Source: Armatimonadota bacterium
Lineage (GTDB): Bacteria > Armatimonadota > Zipacnadia > Zipacnadales > UBA5352
Direction of reading: 5' to 3'
DNA length: 55,580 nt
NCBI GenBank assembly: GCA_034722055.1
Contig: JAYENL010000308.1
Location: forward strand, 1-55,580
Both the position numbers and the translations under genes were made by a program. Under the pieces are notes generated by a model. The model was given only the letters and a program-made list of their open reading frames with translations, was not told the DNA's origin and made no database searches. Positions 27,792 to 36,812 of this stretch are shown here, piece by piece (positions within the stretch are counted from its first letter, which is position 1; each line of letters starts with the position of its first letter).

Positions 27792-30665
27792 TCAGGGCTG
27801 CCGGTAGACCTCCACTTCATCGACCATCGCCCAGCCATCACGGGCCAGCCGCAGTCGCACCCACCGAGCGGATCGAGGCGCGAGCGTGGTCTCCATGTAG
27901 GCTGCCAGGTGCTCATGGCCGGACTCGGGCGGATGCCCACGCATAAGCGTCTCCTCCGTCCACGTCTCACCGTCCGGAGACGTGGCGACCGCGATGGACT
28001 CGGGGAAGAAGACCGCGCCGCTGCCGCCGCCCAGGACGTGGGCCCGCACGGTGGCCACGCTTTCCTGCTGCAAGAGATCGATGGTGATCTCAGGCCGGCC
28101 CTCATTCCAGCCCACAGCCCTGTTCCATCCGGCGCCGGAGGTCGTGTACTCGCCGTCGGTCAGCCGTTGTCCGTCGTCGGCGTACTGCTCGCTGGAGGTG
28201 GGAGGGGGCAGCAGATGATAGGGACGCCCCAGAGCCACGTTGCGGCCTCCGGCGATCACCTGCACCTCGCCGAGCATCAGCCAGCCCCGCGCGGCAAATC
28301 GCATCCTCACCAGCCGCGCGGGAGTCGCGGCAAACTCCTGGGCCAGCCATGCCAGCTCGTGGTCCTCTCCATCCACGACCTCTGACATGGTGACCTCCCG
28401 CTGCGGCTCGGCCGTGGAGAGCAGCGACCACGTCTCGCCATCGAGCGAGCCCCAGCTCTCCATCATCTCCGGGAAGAACACCGCGGCGTAGCCGCCGCCC
28501 TCCGCGTGCGCCCTGACAGCGCTGACACGGCGCGGCTCGCCAAGATCGATGAGAACCGTCCTGTCCGCGCTCTGCCCGTACCAGCCCACGGTGCGACCGT
28601 CTGAGAAGCCCTCCTCGGTGAGCACACCGTCGGTCAGCTCCGACCCGCCGGTGTCGGGGTACTTCGCCGGGAAGGCCGGAGAGAGGTCATAGGGCTTGTC
28701 CAGCGCCAGGTTGGGCGCTCTGCGGAGCTGCAGCTCATCCCAGACCACGGACGGCCCGCCGGTCAGCTCGAACCGCACCTCTCGCCCCCGCACGGTGGGA
28801 ATGCCGATCCTCGCCCATCCCTCACCATCGCCCCCAGGCTCCGCGGCTTCGCTGCGGTGGATGTGCTCGCCATCCCGGATGACCACCTGGCAGCTCGGCC
28901 GCTGCTGTCCCGACCACCGGGCATGTGCCAGCGCCTCCCCCAGATACACATCAGACGCAAGTGTGAACGCCACGCTCCCGTCGCCCTCGAAGGCCAGGCC
29001 GTCCCCTGCTTCCTCGGCGAGGCGGCCATCCGTCAGGTAGCTGCTATCGAGCACCGCCCCCTCACCGATTGTCTGTCCCTCGATCTCGCAGGACTTGCCC
29101 CACAGCAAGCCCGGGGCCGGGTAGATGAGGACCTCGTCCAGGCCCACGCTTCCCCCAGTGGACCCCGATAGCTCAACGCGCACCACCCGCGCCGGCCGGG
29201 GCGCGAAGGGCACCGGGACAAAGCCACTGCGCCAGCCCCCGCTCTCCGCGAGCATTCCGCACCCCGCCTGGGCGCCGGCCGTGAACTCCCTGCCGTCCAT
29301 GCTGGTGCTGAGCCGCACGCCGGTCGGGAGCTGGGGAGAGCCCTCGGCCCTGCCGGCGACGTGCACTCGGACGTCACCCACCATCTCCGCGCGCGGGAGG
29401 CGCACCTCGATCACGCTGCCCGCCGCAGCGCTGACCACGCGGCCCGGTCGGCCGCCATGGGTCAGCCACAGCCCATCGGTCAGTCGCGGCTCGGGCCTGC
29501 CGCGGATCGTGCACGGAGCGCCCTCGGACAGCGAGAGAGCGCGGCGGCGGTAGGTGCCACGGTGGAAGGCATGGAGATCATCGTAGGTGCGGCGGCACTG
29601 AGCTCGCGGGCTGCGATAGAGCTGGGCGATAAGATCGCCCGCCTGGTAGTAGGCGCGCACCGCTTCGTTCATGTAGCCGTCGAGCTCATCGACGCCGTGG
29701 TTGAGGTAGAGCTGCAGGTTGAGGAGCTGCCCCGGATCGGTCGCCACCCTCACGTGCATCTCCATCTCCACGCCGAGGCCGTGCTCCCGTGCCAGGTTGG
29801 CGTTGGCCGTGAGGCGCTGCTCGTCCGGCACCGCCATCCGCCGTGGCACATCCATGAAGGCGAAGTTGGGCTGCATGACGGTGAAATCGACGCCCAGCTC
29901 CGCGGCGCGGTCCCATCCCGGTGCACGGTGCCAGGGGATCCAGTGCAGCCCGTAGCCCCGCTCATGCACGTAGTCGGCGACCGCCCTGACGTCCTGCTCC
30001 TGCCCCTGGCGGATGCCCTCGTGCATCCAGTAGAAGCCCCACAGGTCGAGGTGCTGCCAGTCCCGGGCCCGCCATCGGCGCAGCACCTCATCCACGACCC
30101 AGCGGTAGGCAGTCAGACGGCCGTCGGGGTCTGCGGGGTCCTCGGCTTCGCCATCGCCATCGACGTCGCCGAAGCGCTCGGCGTCAGCCGCCAGGTAGGG
30201 GATCATGATGATCACGGGGCACCGCCGGTCCGGGTCATCCAGGACGCGACCGATCCCGTCGATGGTGGCGTCCAGGGCCGCCAGGTTCCGCTCGGCGTCG
30301 AAGAGCAGGTCGAGGTAGAAGTGCCAGTCGGCCGCGTTCGCGGTGCCTCTGGCGTAAAGCCCTCCCGACGGCGCGCCACCGTACATCAGGAACAGCCAGC
30401 CGTCGTAGAACCAGTCTCGCGGAACCCCGCCCCCGGCGCGATCCAGCCAGGCCACGTAGGGGCGGAAGTCCGCCGCCGACCACCGGTCGGGGGCCAGGTA
30501 GCAGAGCATGATGTCGCGCATGCCGCCCGAGCGCGGCGAGTCCGGTGGGCAGAACTCGGCGCCGATGGGCGCAGACGCAGCCAGGATCGCGGCCAGCGCG
30601 ATGACAGGAGCCCAGCATCGGCCAGGCCTGCCGCGGACCGCCTTGGGACAGCACTGAGTGCCTAT
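27792..30665 (-). CDS. Secreted DUF4855-like glycoside hydrolase with F5/8-type (discoidin-like) repeats
   Basis: Motifs DWFYDGWLFL, VIIMIPY, GFYWMHE, WIPW, MQPNF, GVEME, then four LTDG-containing modules. The start codon is problematic (see findings). Confidence 0.75.
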   Translation of the reverse strand: MGTQCCPKAVRGRPGRCWAPVIALAAILAASAPIGAEFCPPDSPRSGGMRDIMLCYLAPDRWSAADFRPYVAWLDRAGGGVPRDWFYDGWLFLMYGGAPSGGLYARGTANAADWHFYLDLLFDAERNLAALDATIDGIGRVLDDPDRRCPVIIMIPYLAADAERFGDVDGDGEAEDPADPDGRLTAYRWVVDEVLRRWRARDWQHLDLWGFYWMHEGIRQGQEQDVRAVADYVHERGYGLHWIPWHRAPGWDRAAELGVDFTVMQPNFAFMDVPRRMAVPDEQRLTANANLAREHGLGVEMEMHVRVATDPGQLLNLQLYLNHGVDELDGYMNEAVRAYYQAGDLIAQLYRSPRAQCRRTYDDLHAFHRGTYRRRALSLSEGAPCTIRGRPEPRLTDGLWLTHGGRPGRVVSAAAGSVIEVRLPRAEMVGDVRVHVAGRAEGSPQLPTGVRLSTSMDGREFTAGAQAGCGMLAESGGWRSGFVPVPFAPRPARVVRVELSGSTGGSVGLDEVLIYPAPGLLWGKSCEIEGQTIGEGAVLDSSYLTDGRLAEEAGDGLAFEGDGSVAFTLASDVYLGEALAHARWSGQQRPSCQVVIRDGEHIHRSEAAEPGGDGEGWARIGIPTVRGREVRFELTGGPSVVWDELQLRRAPNLALDKPYDLSPAFPAKYPDTGGSELTDGVLTEEGFSDGRTVGWYGQSADRTVLIDLGEPRRVSAVRAHAEGGGYAAVFFPEMMESWGSLDGETWSLLSTAEPQREVTMSEVVDGEDHELAWLAQEFAATPARLVRMRFAARGWLMLGEVQVIAGGRNVALGRPYHLLPPPTSSEQYADDGQRLTDGEYTTSGAGWNRAVGWNEGRPEITIDLLQQESVATVRAHVLGGGSGAVFFPESIAVATSPDGETWTEETLMRGHPPESGHEHLAAYMETTLAPRSARWVRLRLARDGWAMVDEVEVYRQP

Positions 30666-30690
30666 GGACCCGGCCTCCTCCCGAGCGCGA

Positions 30691-33489
30691 TCACTCTCGC
30701 GCCTCCAGCCGTATCTCGTCGATGCACACCTGGGCGCCGGTGTGCGAGCAGGGGTCCAGACGGAAGCGGACGATGCGCCCCCGCCAGCGATCGCTCTCGG
30801 CCATAGGGAGGACGTAGTCGTGGTATTCGCCATCCCCGATGAGATCGAAGCGCACGCTGTTGGCCTCGCTGACGGGGGAGGTGGCCGTGGCCCAGAAGAG
30901 CTGGCCGCGCTCGCCGTCGTCGGCGACGGCATCCATCCTCATCCGGATCGTGATCGCCGGGTACCGCACCGCCCGGACATCCCGCAGCGATGCGGCGATC
31001 GCCGGATCGGGACTGGTGGTGCGGAAGCAGATGGCGCCCTCCTCTGCGCGGAAGTCGGTGACGCCCATGAACGGACCCCAGCCCTGGGTGCCGTCCTGAA
31101 AGTCCCAGGCGGTGCGCGCCTCGGCCGGCGGAAGGTCGTACGGGCCGAGCCCGACATCCTGAGGAGTGACGTTGGGCGGCCAGCCGCCCTGCGGCATCTG
31201 GCAGAAGGTATCCCGAATGACGTCGTACATCCCGAACCCGAACTCCCGGCAGGGCTCGATGTACGAGCCCTCACCCCACTCGTTGAGCGGGCCCAGCGCC
31301 AGGCGCCGCAGGCCGGTGTCATCGGCGAAACGGCGCACATCCTCGCAAATGCGCCGGAACAGCGGCACCGTCCTGCCGTGAACCACGCGCGCCCTGTCGC
31401 CGTGCCACGGCCGCGAGTCCCATCCGGTCGAGATAGCGGGGAGGAAGGGAAGGATATCCGCCTCGCGCCAGGCCTGCAGAAAGGGGAGGGTGGATTCCGC
31501 GACAAGCTCGAAGGCGTAGTGCTGCGGGTCGGCGGCATTGCCACGGTGGCCCATGTAGTGGTAGATCGTGGTCATCTCGAAGCCCTCGTCGGCCAGCCGC
31601 CGGATAGTGGCGGGATCCGTGCTCGTCTCCGGCCACTTCATGGCGATGAAACAGATGCCGGGGTAGCCGGCCTCCCGCGCCATCTGCTGGGAGATCTCCA
31701 GCAGCCGGCGGACTCCGTCAGAGCCGCCCATGTCCTGGCGCATCCGCTCCGGGCTCCAGATGATGACCACGGGCCTGCCGTCGATGCGGTAGTACTCCTC
31801 CATGCCGAAGTAGTTATCCAGCCAGTAGCGCGTAACGGCGCGCTGATCCTCCTCGGAGTGGCTTCCGGCCGGGTTGTGGTTCGCCCACATCATGCACCAC
31901 TTCAGGTAGCGGCGATAGCGGGCGTTCATGTAGGCATCGTGCACCCAGTGCTCCAGGTGCCTGGAGCCGGCGTTCCAGTACCAGTCCACCATGAAGAATG
32001 ATATGCCGTGCTCGACGGCCCACTTGATCTGCCAGTCGCAGACCTCGGGATCGCTCTCATCGTACCAGCCCAGCACCGGCTTGCGCTCCGGAGCGGAACG
32101 CTCCACCGGCTCCCACTTCACGCGGGAGGGCCAGCCGGGGAAGTAGTAGGCGCCGATCTCGTACTGGCAGGGCACCGGCTGGGGCTGGGGGACGTAGTCT
32201 GCTGGCGGGAGATCGAGGCTCGGGGTGATGTCGATCGGCGTGCGGGTCGGCTGGGGCGGTGCCCCGTGGCCGCTCAGTGCCAGCTCTATCGTCCCGGTCG
32301 CAGGTTGGGGCGCGGAGAGGCCGAAGCGATGGGTCACGATCTCGAAGGACTCCAGCGGGGGAAGCTGGCGCCAGCCATCGTCAGCCGCCACCGTTACGCC
32401 CGGGGGCAGGGTCAGCTCGTGGATGCTCACTCCCTCAGCCGTCTCGCCGCCGCGGTTGATGAGGGATATCACAAACGGGAGGGTCCCTCCGGCGCGAGGG
32501 AGGGCGTCCTCCAGCCCCGCCCACGTCACCTCGACCTCGGGAGGCCCCTGAGGCTCCTCCGCGACCGCGATGCGCCGGACCGTGGCCGTCGCGCCGGCGC
32601 TCAACGACGGGGTCAGGCCCAGGAGCAGCAGCTCTCCACTCCACTGCCTGCTCGAGGAGATGTCCACATTGTAAACGTGCATCCTGCCGTCCGGCCGCAC
32701 CGGGAATCTATGCGTCACCATGCCCGCGTGTTCGCTGGAGACCCACCTGATCATGCCGCTGTCGCCGGCGTCCACGGCCATCTCGATGAATACCCAGAAG
32801 CGATCCTCCACCGGGAGGCGAAGCGGTCCGCTGACGATGCCGCCGTCGCCCTCCTGCGAGACCTGCACCCGAAGGCCCTCGTCGGTGGCCTCGGCACTGG
32901 CATCCCCGGTCGCAGCCCAGCCCTCCGCTGCCTGACTGAAGTCCCAAGCATTCTCGCGGCTTTCCGACGCCGGCTCCCCGAGGTCCACGATGCGGATGTA
33001 ATCCACCGCGAAGGTGGGTCGGGCCTCGGCCTCCGGGAGACCTTCGGTCTCACGGCGGGGCAGGTCCAGGCGCAGCAGGATGATGCGCTCCTCGGTATGC
33101 CAGTAGGGCCTGACGCGGTAGACGTGCCACTGCCCATCACCGGTGACCTCGAAGCGCGTCTCCTTGCCGGGCGAGAAGCCCCCGAAGCGCGACCGGGTGG
33201 TGTTCGTCCAGAAGAACTCGGCGGTGCCGGGGCAGTCGGTCTTGAGCCGCACCTCGATGACCTGCCAGGCAGTGGCCGGGATCTCGAACTGCGGGCTGGT
33301 GACGAAGGGATCCCAGTCCATGATGCGGCCCTGCATGGCCCCGTCCTCGACACGCAGGTCCTCAACGTGGTTCGCCTTCCCCCAGCCCTCCAGGCCCTCC
33401 TCGAACTGCCATTGCATCAGCGTCTGCTCCTGCTGAGCAGCCGCCGAGCAGCACAGCAGCGCGGTGCTCAGGACAAGCATCGCACGCAT
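30691..33489 (-). CDS. Secreted GH99-like/WbsX-family protein with three repeated jelly-roll domains
   Basis: Signal peptide; motifs IGAYYFPGW, PVLGWYDE, DWYW, MWANH, GWDSRPW, NEWGEGSYIEP; GGAGGG RBS. Confidence 0.82.
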   Translation of the reverse strand: MRAMLVLSTALLCCSAAAQQEQTLMQWQFEEGLEGWGKANHVEDLRVEDGAMQGRIMDWDPFVTSPQFEIPATAWQVIEVRLKTDCPGTAEFFWTNTTRSRFGGFSPGKETRFEVTGDGQWHVYRVRPYWHTEERIILLRLDLPRRETEGLPEAEARPTFAVDYIRIVDLGEPASESRENAWDFSQAAEGWAATGDASAEATDEGLRVQVSQEGDGGIVSGPLRLPVEDRFWVFIEMAVDAGDSGMIRWVSSEHAGMVTHRFPVRPDGRMHVYNVDISSSRQWSGELLLLGLTPSLSAGATATVRRIAVAEEPQGPPEVEVTWAGLEDALPRAGGTLPFVISLINRGGETAEGVSIHELTLPPGVTVAADDGWRQLPPLESFEIVTHRFGLSAPQPATGTIELALSGHGAPPQPTRTPIDITPSLDLPPADYVPQPQPVPCQYEIGAYYFPGWPSRVKWEPVERSAPERKPVLGWYDESDPEVCDWQIKWAVEHGISFFMVDWYWNAGSRHLEHWVHDAYMNARYRRYLKWCMMWANHNPAGSHSEEDQRAVTRYWLDNYFGMEEYYRIDGRPVVIIWSPERMRQDMGGSDGVRRLLEISQQMAREAGYPGICFIAMKWPETSTDPATIRRLADEGFEMTTIYHYMGHRGNAADPQHYAFELVAESTLPFLQAWREADILPFLPAISTGWDSRPWHGDRARVVHGRTVPLFRRICEDVRRFADDTGLRRLALGPLNEWGEGSYIEPCREFGFGMYDVIRDTFCQMPQGGWPPNVTPQDVGLGPYDLPPAEARTAWDFQDGTQGWGPFMGVTDFRAEEGAICFRTTSPDPAIAASLRDVRAVRYPAITIRMRMDAVADDGERGQLFWATATSPVSEANSVRFDLIGDGEYHDYVLPMAESDRWRGRIVRFRLDPCSHTGAQVCIDEIRLEARE

Positions 33490-33550
33490 GTCAAGCCCTC
33501 CCTGGATGCTCCTCTGTCGATGCCACCGAGCGGTGCTGGCGGGCCGCCCG

Positions 33551-34558
33551 CTATCCAAAGCCCGCCTTCGCCTCGAGCGTCTGGAAGGCGGTCAGGATGT
33601 CCTGCCACTGTTCCTCGGAGAGCTCGATCTCCATCGCTGCGGCGTTCTCGCGCGCCTGTTCAGCCCTGCGGGCGCCGGCCAGGGCCGCGGTAATGCCGGG
33701 AGCCCAGATCGTCCACGCCAACGCCGTCTGGGCCAGCGTGGCATCATGCGCCTCAGCGACGGGACGGAGGCTCTCATCGATGACCGCCAGCGCCTGCCTC
33801 AGGTTCCCCTCCTGGAACCACGGGTTCTTCTCAGGCCGCTTGTCGCCCTCCTCGAACTGTCGGTCGGGGGTAACCTTGCCCGTCAGGATGCCCTGCTCCA
33901 GGGAGCTGTAGACGATGTTCGCGACGTCGCGGTCGTCGCAGAACGGGATCAGCTCCTCCATGCTGGCACGCTGGAGGAGGCTGAACCGCGGCTGGGAGCT
34001 GTGCAGCGGCCCATGTTGCAGGCACTGCTGGATCTGCTCCACCGAGAAGTTGCTCACCCCGATGGCGCGGATCACGCCCTGGTCCAGCAGCTCCGTCAGC
34101 GCGCCCATGGTCTCCTCGATGGGTGTCGTCGGGTCCGGCCAGTGGCACTGATAGAGGTCGATGACGTCCACGCCCAGGCGCTTCAGGCTCTGCTCGCACT
34201 CCTCCAGGATGCTATCGCGGCGCAGGTTCCGGTAGACGCTGACCTGCCCGGCCTGCCGCGTGTCATCATCGAAGAAGTGCTGGCCCTCCTCCCTGTCCCA
34301 GCGCAGGCCGCACTTGGTGGCGACCACGACCTCCTCGCGGCGCCCGCTGATGGCCTCGCCCACGATCCGCTCGCTGTGGCCGAAGCCGTAGACGGGCGCG
34401 GTGTCGATGCAGTTGATGCCCTCGTCCACCGCCGCCTCGACGGCCTTGCCGGCGGCCTCGTCGTCGGTGCCCCCCCACCACCATCCGCCGATGGCCCAGG
34501 TTCCGAGGACGATTGGTGTGATGCGAAGGTCTGACGTTCCAAGCTGTCGGAGCTCCAT
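33551..34558 (-). CDS. Aldo/keto reductase
   Basis: Motifs LGTWAIGG, DTAPVYGFGHSE, ATKCG, IDLYQCHWPD, IGVSNF; GAGGAGG RBS. Confidence 0.93.
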   Translation of the reverse strand: MELRQLGTSDLRITPIVLGTWAIGGWWWGGTDDEAAGKAVEAAVDEGINCIDTAPVYGFGHSERIVGEAISGRREEVVVATKCGLRWDREEGQHFFDDDTRQAGQVSVYRNLRRDSILEECEQSLKRLGVDVIDLYQCHWPDPTTPIEETMGALTELLDQGVIRAIGVSNFSVEQIQQCLQHGPLHSSQPRFSLLQRASMEELIPFCDDRDVANIVYSSLEQGILTGKVTPDRQFEEGDKRPEKNPWFQEGNLRQALAVIDESLRPVAEAHDATLAQTALAWTIWAPGITAALAGARRAEQARENAAAMEIELSEEQWQDILTAFQTLEAKAGFG

Positions 34559-34598
34559 CGCAATCCTCCTCATATCGGTGCGCACTGCCGATGTGCCT

Positions 34599-34624
34599 CT
34601 TCGCTCCCATCCGTCTCCCATCCT
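34599..34624 (-). promoter_or_regulatory. AGG-N18-GAA promoter-like motif upstream of the aldo/keto reductase
   Basis: Minus strand reads gcAGGA-tgggagacggatgggagc-GAAG. Confidence 0.55.
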
Positions 34625-34687
34625 GCCCCGCCGGCTCTCATCGGGCGAAGCACAGCGGGTTGGCGTCACCTTTCCGGCGCGCCCATC

Positions 34688-34712
34688 AGGATTCGCGTGC
34701 TCGGCGGAGAAG
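34688..34712 (+). promoter_or_regulatory. AGG-N17-GAA promoter-like motif upstream of the sulfatase
   Basis: tcAGGA-ttcgcgtgctcggcgga-GAAG. Confidence 0.55.
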
Positions 34713-34778
34713 GGAACCACTGTCGGGCGTGCCAATGGAGTGCTGAGCTACCGTCTCGACGCGCATGGAGGGTTGACC

Positions 34779-36665
34779 ATGATCGGGCACGATCCTGCGA
34801 TGAGCCCTGGCGTTCCCGGCCGAAGCCACCTCACTTCGGGAGGTGGCGGCTCGAGGCAGGGCGATGTGCGCCCGAACATCCTGTGGCTGACCTGCGAGGA
34901 CATCGGCCCCGACCTGGGGTGCTACGGCGACGGCTACGCGGACACTCCGAATCTCGACGCGCTGGCCGAGCGGGGTGTCATCTATCGCAACGCCTGGTCT
35001 GAGGCGCCGGTGTGCGCGCCGGCGCGAACGGACATCATCACCGGCGTCTACTCGCCCTGCACCGGCTCCGAGCACATGCGCAGCATGCTGGCAACCCCGC
35101 ACTGCATTGGGATGTACCCTCAGCTCCTGCGCGAGGCCGGGTACTACTGCACCAACAACTCCAAGGAGGACTACAACCTGGAGAAGCCCGGCCAAGTCTG
35201 GGACGAGTCCTCCGGCGAGGCCCACTGGCGCAACCGCGAAGCCGGCCAGCCGTTCTTCGCCATCTTCAACTATACCGTGACCCACGAGAGCCGCATCCGC
35301 AAGCGCCCGCACGAGCTGCAGCACGATCCCGACCTGGTCGATGTGCCCGCCTACCATCCGGACACACCGGAGGTCCGCCGGGACTGGGCGCAGTACTACG
35401 ACATCATCACCGCCATGGACGCACAGGTCGGAGAGGCGCTGGCGGAGCTGGCCGAGGCGGGGCTGGCGGAGGATACCATCGTGTTCTTCTATGGCGACCA
35501 CGGCTCGGGGATGCCGGGGCACAAGCGTGATGCCCGCAACGCTGGCCTGCTGGTGCCCCTGATCGTTGCGATTCCGCCGAAGTTCCGCCACCTGGCATCG
35601 GCGGACTACGTCGAGGGCGGAGCCACGGATCGCCTGGTGGGCTTCACGGACCTGGGCCCCACGGTCCTGAGCCTGGCCGGCGTTCAGCCGCCGGAGGTCA
35701 TGCAGGGCCGGGCCTTCATGGGGCGGCATGAGGCCCCGCCCAGGAGCTACCTGCACGGCTTCCGCGGGCGGATGGACGAGCGCTACGACATGGTGCGATG
35801 CACGCGCGACCAGCGCTACATCTACATCCGCAACTTCATGCCGCACCTGCCACGCGGCCAGCACGTGGCCTATCAACTCGAGACCCCCTCCACCCGCGCC
35901 TGGAAGCGGCTTTACGAGGAGGGGAAGCTCAACGCCGCCCAGTCGGCCTTCTGGGAGCCCCGTCCGCCGGAGGAGCTGTATGACCTGCAGGAGGGTCCCG
36001 ACGAGGTGACCAACCTCGCTGACTCGGAGGAGCACCGAGACGTCCTGGAGCGGCTCCGGGAGGCCAATCGTCAGTGGCTGCTCGACATCCGCGATGTCGG
36101 CTTCCTGCCGGAGCCGGAGATCCACCGGCGATCCGAGGGCAGCACGCCCTACGAAGTGGGCCATGATCCGCAGCGCTACCCGCTGGAGCGGATCATGGCC
36201 GCCGCGGAGCGGGCCTCGTCCCTCCACGACGAAGCAGTCCCGGCTCTACTCGAGGACCTCGGGCGCGAGGACTGCGCCGTCCGCTACTGGGCCGCGATGG
36301 GTCTGATGATGCGAGGCGAGGAGGCGGTGGCGGCCGGCCGCGACGAGCTGATGGCGCTTCTCGACGACGAGAGCAAGGCCGTGCGCGTTGCTGCCGCAGA
36401 GGCTCTGGGCTGTGAGGGGGATGAGGCGGACGCCGCCGCGGCGCTGGAGGTTCTGGTCGAGCTCGCGGATGCCGAGGTCCAGGGGCCCTACGTGGCGATG
36501 ATGGCGCTCAACGCCATCGATCACATGGGCCAGCGTGCGGCGCCAGCCCTCAACCGCATACGAGAGTTGCCTGATCGGAACTCCGCGTTGGACCGCCGGG
36601 TGCAGTACGGGATACCGAACCTGCTGGAGAAGATCATCAGCGACCTGGAGGACGCGTGGAAGTGA
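34779..36665 (+). CDS. Formylglycine-dependent (S1) sulfatase with C-terminal HEAT-like repeats
   Basis: Motifs RPNILWLTCED, CAPAR (CxPxR), GDHG, EELYDL, then VRYWAAMGL and VRVAAAEALG. GGAGG RBS before ATG at 34779. Confidence 0.92.
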   Translation: MIGHDPAMSPGVPGRSHLTSGGGGSRQGDVRPNILWLTCEDIGPDLGCYGDGYADTPNLDALAERGVIYRNAWSEAPVCAPARTDIITGVYSPCTGSEHMRSMLATPHCIGMYPQLLREAGYYCTNNSKEDYNLEKPGQVWDESSGEAHWRNREAGQPFFAIFNYTVTHESRIRKRPHELQHDPDLVDVPAYHPDTPEVRRDWAQYYDIITAMDAQVGEALAELAEAGLAEDTIVFFYGDHGSGMPGHKRDARNAGLLVPLIVAIPPKFRHLASADYVEGGATDRLVGFTDLGPTVLSLAGVQPPEVMQGRAFMGRHEAPPRSYLHGFRGRMDERYDMVRCTRDQRYIYIRNFMPHLPRGQHVAYQLETPSTRAWKRLYEEGKLNAAQSAFWEPRPPEELYDLQEGPDEVTNLADSEEHRDVLERLREANRQWLLDIRDVGFLPEPEIHRRSEGSTPYEVGHDPQRYPLERIMAAAERASSLHDEAVPALLEDLGREDCAVRYWAAMGLMMRGEEAVAAGRDELMALLDDESKAVRVAAAEALGCEGDEADAAAALEVLVELADAEVQGPYVAMMALNAIDHMGQRAAPALNRIRELPDRNSALDRRVQYGIPNLLEKIISDLEDAWK

Positions 36666-36736
36666 GCCGAGGACGGACGACGAGACGAATGCGGAGGACT
36701 GTGACGCCGGTCGTTGCCCGACACGGCGCGAGCCGG

Positions 36737-36762
36737 AGGGCTCGGTGCTGACGACGACGAAC
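36737..36762 (+). promoter_or_regulatory. AGG-N18-GAA promoter-like motif
   Basis: ggAGGG-ctcggtgctgacgacgac-GAAC. Confidence 0.55.
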
Positions 36763-36812
36763 AAGCTGCCTGCTGTCCAGGGCCGCAGGAACGGATGCTG
36801 GAGGTGGACGTG

